A stretch of DNA of 63,988 bases, counting the filler, from Malassezia furfur (taxonomy: Eukaryota): assembly GCA_052055015.1 (NCBI GenBank). It is 11 parts of 11 records of this genome, joined end to end, with 100 filler letters (N's around TTAATTAATTAA, not from the genome) between each part and the next. Parts side by side here need not be neighbours in the genome. Positions count along the whole stretch, not along the records: positions 58,945 to 63,988 come from JBQJIT010000632.1; 10 more parts are not named here. One strand, given 5' to 3'. The position numbers and the translations under genes were made by a program. Below, one piece after another: positions 59,042-63,988 of this stretch; within the stretch, counting starts at the first letter, position 1; each line of letters opens with the position of its first letter. The notes under the pieces were generated by a model. It ran no database searches. It worked only from the letters and a program-made list of their open reading frames with translations, and was not told where the DNA came from.

Positions 59042-61186
59042 CTACAGGCTCAGGAAGGGAAAGTCGGGGTCGAGGGAGTTGGCGTCGGACAGGGCGCCGC
59101 CGCCTTCGGTGAGGAGGAAGTCGAGGTTGGTGAGGAACGACTGGTCATCGATGCACCATGTGTTGTCTGGTGCAGCGAGCGGAAGTGCATCGCCGAGCTG
59201 GGAGAACTCGTCGACGAGCGAGAGCGGCGGGGCAGACGCGGGTGCGGGCGCGGGCGCGGGCGGGGCGGCGTCCGCGGGCAGTGGCGGCGCGTGTTCGGGT
59301 GCATCCTGCGTGCCTTGGGGCTCGGGCGAGGCGCAAAAGCGGCGTAGGTGGCCGAGCGGGATTTTTTGGGGGAGGCGCTGGAGCATGCGCTGGGTCTTTG
59401 GGTCCTCGAGGAACTGGACGGCGTTACGCAGCGAGGTACGCAGGCGGAGGTAGTCGCTGGGCGGTGTCGTGTTGCCACTCGCGTGAATCGATGCGATGAT
59501 GTGGTCCAAGACGACGGCGGCGATGATGAGGTGCCACTTGACGTAGTGCACCTGCGGGTTGGGTAGGGCGCCGCGCTGCAGCTCTTCCCAGACGGTCACC
59601 ACGACGCACGCGCCCTCGATGCACGCAATGAGCGAGCGGCGGTGCGCCGGGTCGCGCATCGCCGCCTGCAGATACGGCGCGTGCAGGACGAGGATGCGGA
59701 AGTGGATCTGCTCCTGGAGAAAGAGGCGCTGCAGGGTGAGGTACGGGTATCTTGCGTGGATGGCCTGCACGCTGCTTGACACCTCGGATACGCCGTCGAA
59801 GCGGAAGTAGGAGGGGAGGTTGTGCACAATGGCGCCGATCTGTGCGTCGATCTCGAGCATGCGCGGATGGTCGACCATGAGAATGTCGTGGTGGAGCATC
59901 TTGCGGATGAGCACCTTGGACGCCTGGCGCACGCACCGCGCAAGCTCGAGCAGGATGCGCCCGTAGGTGTGCGGCGACGGGCGCATCGTGTCCTGCAGCA
60001 CCGCGGCCGGCACCGAGGTGATCCGCGCGAGTTCCTCGTCGGTGAGCGCCGCCGGCGGCGCAGTGAGGTTCATGTCGTCCGCGACGGTGTACGAGAAGTC
60101 GATGTGCACCGAGCGCAGCCAGTCGGTGGTCACAAGCGTCGTCCAGACCTTGCGCGCAAGCTCGCGACGCGGCAAGTCGTTCGGCGCAAACTCGCGCAGC
60201 CAGGCCATGTAGGGCCGCACGCCGCTCTGTGCGGAGGGATCGCTGTCGCCGCGCGCGTACAGGCGCGCGAGGTCCTGGGAGAGGCTCCCGAGGCGGTTGA
60301 GGCCCATGAGCTGTGCGATGCGCAGCGCAAGTGTGTTCCACACGATAAACACCGGGAGGAGCAGCGAGTTGTACGGGCGGCGCTGGAGCAGGATGATGGC
60401 CTGCAGCACCCACAGCGTGGGGCGCTCCATGCACTGCGCCTCGCGCAGCAGCGACACGGACGCGGCGTGCATGATGTCCAGCGCACGGTCGTACTCGGCG
60501 CGCGTCGTGCAGTGCGGCAGCGTGGCGCGCTTGGGCGCCTCGTTGCGGTCCATCGACTCGCACGAGGCGTGGAGCACGGCGAGGAGGAGCGCGAGCAGGC
60601 CGTAGCTCGCGTGGTCGCCCCAGAACGCCGGGCGCGTCGTCTTGGGCGCGTTCGGCGTCGGGGATGCCTGTGCGCTCTGCCGCGCGGCCGCCCACAGGTC
60701 GAGGGGCAGCGCCGCCTTGAGCGTGGCGTAGTCGCGCTGGAACGCGTCGTGGTGCATGCAGTTGATGAGCGGCTCGAGCTCGCGGAAGTAGAAGGCAATG
60801 ATGCGGTCGATCTCCTCGGGCTCGGGGAGGAGCATTAGGTAAGTTTCCATGGTGAGTTCCCACTCTTCGATGTCGTTCGCAAACATGGCCGGCAGGGTGG
60901 CGCCCTCCTCGAAGACGGGCAGGGGGAACAGGCCCGTGACGTCGTGCTGCCTGCGTGCATAGCGCCGCGACTCGGCAGAGAACGCGGCGGCGTCGGCACG
61001 CGCCGCATCGACCTCGTCGCGCTCGTCGCCCCAGCGGCAGTGGTGCCGGATGCCGCGGCGGATGCACGCGGAGCAGTTGGGCACGTTGCGGTCACATTTG
61101 ATCTTGCGGATACGGCACTCGACGCAGCTCACGGGTTTGCGCATGCGCCGCATCTTGGGCGGGCGTTCAGACGACGCGTCGTCCAT
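59042..61186 (-). CDS. Zn2Cys6 transcription factor, tandem paralogue A
   Basis: CVECRIRKIKCDRNVPNCSACIRRGIRHHC, plus fungal TF middle region (LRIAQLMGLNR, RRELARKVW). Confidence 0.92.
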   Translation of the reverse strand: MDDASSERPPKMRRMRKPVSCVECRIRKIKCDRNVPNCSACIRRGIRHHCRWGDERDEVDAARADAAAFSAESRRYARRQHDVTGLFPLPVFEEGATLPAMFANDIEEWELTMETYLMLLPEPEEIDRIIAFYFRELEPLINCMHHDAFQRDYATLKAALPLDLWAAARQSAQASPTPNAPKTTRPAFWGDHASYGLLALLLAVLHASCESMDRNEAPKRATLPHCTTRAEYDRALDIMHAASVSLLREAQCMERPTLWVLQAIILLQRRPYNSLLLPVFIVWNTLALRIAQLMGLNRLGSLSQDLARLYARGDSDPSAQSGVRPYMAWLREFAPNDLPRRELARKVWTTLVTTDWLRSVHIDFSYTVADDMNLTAPPAALTDEELARITSVPAAVLQDTMRPSPHTYGRILLELARCVRQASKVLIRKMLHHDILMVDHPRMLEIDAQIGAIVHNLPSYFRFDGVSEVSSSVQAIHARYPYLTLQRLFLQEQIHFRILVLHAPYLQAAMRDPAHRRSLIACIEGACVVVTVWEELQRGALPNPQVHYVKWHLIIAAVVLDHIIASIHASGNTTPPSDYLRLRTSLRNAVQFLEDPKTQRMLQRLPQKIPLGHLRRFCASPEPQGTQDAPEHAPPLPADAAPPAPAPAPASAPPLSLVDEFSQLGDALPLAAPDNTWCIDDQSFLTNLDFLLTEGGGALSDANSLDPDFPFLSL

Positions 61187-61481
61187 CGCAGCCAACCGGG
61201 AGAAAGCAAGTCGGGGGAGGGATCGAACAGTTTTCTGCGAGCCCTCCACCGACGCGGACGCCGCGTAATTCCCCGCAGTTGAGGTGGAGGGCGCGCCGGC
61301 GCGGAGCTAGGCAAATGGGAAGTATGACGGCCGATGCCGCCGACCGACGGAAGCGTGCCGAACCCGATCCCGTACGAGGGCCCGCCCGGGCGGCCGTGCG
61401 CCCCCCGGCAAGGCATCCCTGGCGGAATACGGCGCGTGTATTTTGCACGTTGCGTTGTGTGGCATACGAGGGGACGCGGCG

Positions 61482-61503
61482 GGTGGTGGTGGTGGTGGTG
61501 GTG
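61482..61503. repeat. (GGT)7 microsatellite
   Basis: Directly visible between the two TF genes. Confidence 0.85.
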
Positions 61504-61569
61504 CCCACGCTGCGGCGGGCGTCGCTGGCTTCGGCTGGACTCGGTACAAAATGATAGCATACATAGTCT

Positions 61570-63954
61570 CTATGGTCTCGTGTCCCCGCGCAAGCCGGTC
61601 GCTGTGCCCCCCAGGATGTCCATTTCAGAGAGTGCGAGCGCTTCGCTGTTCATCATGAGAAAGTCGACGCCGGCCAGCAGCGTCGCGTCGTCGACGTCCC
61701 AGTCGGGTGTGTCGATCGACGAAGGGATAGCGCTGCCGAGTTTGGCAAACTCTTCCTGCAGTGATGTGGGTGCGCTGCCCCCGAGGATGGTGTCGCTCCC
61801 CGAGGGGGTGGTGCTGCCGGTGCTGCCGGCCGTGCTGCCGCTCGTGCTTCCGTTGGCGCTGGCACGGGCGGCGGTGGCGCTCGCGTCGTGCGCCGGCTGC
61901 GGGGCGGTGGCCGGCTGTGCAGCGCCGTCTGTGGGTATGTCGTGGGTATGCTCTGCGCTGGTGTTGGCACAAAACTGGCGGAGCGATCCAAGCGCCTGGT
62001 ACCCTCGCACGCGCTCGAGCGAGGTGAGGACGTGGTGCGACTCGAGAAAGTGGACGGCCTTGCGCAGCGTCGTCTTGAGGCGTGCATAGTCGGACGGCGT
62101 GGAGTGTGTGTCGGTGTTGTGCATCGAGCCGATCACGCGGTCGAGGACGACGGCGGCCGAGAGCAGGTGCCACTTCATGTAGTGCATCTGCTGGTTCGGG
62201 TTCTCGGTGCGCTGCAGCTCCTCCCAGGCCGCGACGGTGACGCGCGCGCCCTCGATGCACGCCGCGAGCGAGCGGCGGTAGTGCGCGTCGCGCAGCGCGA
62301 GCGGCAGATACGGGCTGTGGAGGCACAGGAGGCGGAAGTGGATCTGCTCCTGGAGAAAGAGGCGCTGCAGCGCGAGGTACGGGTGCTGGGCGTGCGCGGC
62401 GCGCACCTCGTCGCTGAGCTCGGCGGTGCCGTCGAAGCGGAAGTAGGGCGGGAGGCGCGCGAGCACCTCGCCGATCTGGCGGTCGATGCGCATCGCGTCG
62501 GGGTAGTCGAGCATGAGCGACTGGTGCCGGCTCATGCGCCCCATGAGCAGCGCGGCCGCCTGGCGCACGCACCGCGCGAGCTCGAGCATCACGCGCCCAA
62601 ACACCGAGGGCGACACGCGGTTCGCGTCGCGGAGGAGCGCCTTGGGCAGCGACGTGATGCGCACGACCTCGTCGTCGGTGAGCGCCGCGGGCGGCGCGGT
62701 GCAGTTCATCTCGTCGGACACCATGTAGGTGTAGTCGACGTGCATCGACTTGAGCCAGTCGGTCACGACGAGGGTCCCCCAGATCTTGCGCGCGAGCTCG
62801 CGGCGCGGCAGGTCGTCCTCGGCAAACTCGCGCAGCCAGGGCATGCGCTGGAGGATGTCGCGCTCCGCGGGCCGCACGCACCGCTCGTGGCGCTGCAGGC
62901 GCGCGAGGTCGTCGGCCGCGCTGCCGAGGCGGTTGAGGCCCATGAGCTGCGCGATGCGCAGCGCCATCGACGTCCAGATGACGCCCTCTGGGATGCGCAT
63001 CGCATGCAGCGGCTTGCGCTGCAGCAGGATGATCGACTGCAGCGTCCACAGCGTCGGGTGCTCGTGTGCGTCCGACTCGTGCAGAAAGTGGATCGACGCG
63101 GCGTGCAGGCGGTCGAGCGCCGCGACGAGCGACGCCGGCGAGTCGGCGTGCGGCACCACGCCGCGTGCGAGCAGCGCCTCGGGGCGCAAACTGTCGCATG
63201 CCGTGTGCAGCACGACAAAGAGCAGCGCGAGCAAGCCGTAGCTCTCGGAGCGCGTCCAGAACGCCGGCGACGCGCGGGGGTCGGCGCGCGGCGTCGCGCC
63301 GCCGAGCGAGCCGACGATGCGGTCGGTGATGTCGTGCGCGGGCGCGGTGTCCTCGGCGCCTGGCACAAGGTTCGCGCGCAGCGTCCCGTATTCGTCCCAG
63401 AAAATGACCGCGTTCATGCTCGAGATGAGCGGCTCGAGCTCGCGCAGGTAGAACTGCACGAGGTGGTCCATGTGGTGCGGCGCCGGCAGCTGCGCAAGGT
63501 GCGGCGCCATGGTGCGTTCCCATGCCGCTTTGTCGTCCGTGTACAACTGTGCGAGCGGCGTCGTGCGTGTCTCGACGATCGACGGGAGCGTCGTGAGCCG
63601 CCGGACGTCCATGCGCGGCGGCGACGGCGCGTCTGGCTCCGCGAGCTCGAGGATCGCCGGGCGCGTGCCTGTCGCGGGCCCGAGGTTGATGCGGCGCACC
63701 ACATCGTACACGGTCGCGTTCTGCAGTGAGTCGACGGCGCGTATGCGCGGCAGCTGCCCGTCGCGCTCGTCGCCCCAGCGGCAGTGGTCGCGCAGGCCGC
63801 GCTGGACGCACGACGAGCAGTTGGGCACGTTGCGGTCGCACTTGATCTTGCGTGTGCGGCACTCGACGCAGCTGAAATGCTTGCGCACACGGCGCACCTT
63901 GGCCGCGCGCTCGCCCTCGGCCGGGATCGGCGGCGAGGACGTGTCCGAGGCCAT
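61570..63954 (-). CDS. Zn2Cys6 transcription factor, tandem paralogue B
   Basis: CVECRTRKIKCDRNVPNCSSCVQRGLRDHC; colinear with paralogue A (HCRWGDERD, LQRLFLQEQIHFR, YMKWHL). Confidence 0.92.
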   Translation of the reverse strand: MASDTSSPPIPAEGERAAKVRRVRKHFSCVECRTRKIKCDRNVPNCSSCVQRGLRDHCRWGDERDGQLPRIRAVDSLQNATVYDVVRRINLGPATGTRPAILELAEPDAPSPPRMDVRRLTTLPSIVETRTTPLAQLYTDDKAAWERTMAPHLAQLPAPHHMDHLVQFYLRELEPLISSMNAVIFWDEYGTLRANLVPGAEDTAPAHDITDRIVGSLGGATPRADPRASPAFWTRSESYGLLALLFVVLHTACDSLRPEALLARGVVPHADSPASLVAALDRLHAASIHFLHESDAHEHPTLWTLQSIILLQRKPLHAMRIPEGVIWTSMALRIAQLMGLNRLGSAADDLARLQRHERCVRPAERDILQRMPWLREFAEDDLPRRELARKIWGTLVVTDWLKSMHVDYTYMVSDEMNCTAPPAALTDDEVVRITSLPKALLRDANRVSPSVFGRVMLELARCVRQAAALLMGRMSRHQSLMLDYPDAMRIDRQIGEVLARLPPYFRFDGTAELSDEVRAAHAQHPYLALQRLFLQEQIHFRLLCLHSPYLPLALRDAHYRRSLAACIEGARVTVAAWEELQRTENPNQQMHYMKWHLLSAAVVLDRVIGSMHNTDTHSTPSDYARLKTTLRKAVHFLESHHVLTSLERVRGYQALGSLRQFCANTSAEHTHDIPTDGAAQPATAPQPAHDASATAARASANGSTSGSTAGSTGSTTPSGSDTILGGSAPTSLQEEFAKLGSAIPSSIDTPDWDVDDATLLAGVDFLMMNSEALALSEMDILGGTATGLRGDTRP

Positions 63955-63988
63955 CGCGCTGCACCGTACGCCGGTGGAGGGGGGAGGG

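Overview
GC-rich, very compact fungal nuclear DNA. Gene content, intron style and density fit a basidiomycete yeast, most likely Malassezia (inference, not a database match). The window is NOT one locus: it is 11 unrelated contigs of ~5.7-5.9 kb, joined in decreasing length order by 100-nt N44-TTAATTAATTAA-N44 linkers, so adjacency across gaps is meaningless. It holds about 37 mostly housekeeping genes (YIF1, RPA135, PRP21, TRP2, ATG15-like, GCV3, BRE1, DPL1, TOA1, TSC1, MAG1, RPN1, UBC12, MAP2, VMA21, MAK3, ALG10, IQG1, RET3, RHEB, calmodulin, TRA1, NOP14, DCN1, SmF, tandem esterases, tandem Zn2Cys6 factors and others) plus an intron-containing tRNA-Arg(ACG). The main signal missed by the ORF track is ultra-short spliceosomal introns. 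By hand I resolved 53 GT-AG introns: 38 are 21-25 nt, the median is 24 nt, and the floor is 21 nt, where all seven cases have the branch A at position 16. The single long intron (149 nt, NOP14) hosts a box C/D snoRNA with a 15-nt guide that appears complementary to 25S rRNA. Tiny intergenic gaps carry recurrent CACGTG E-boxes, three times as pairs exactly 10 bp apart.
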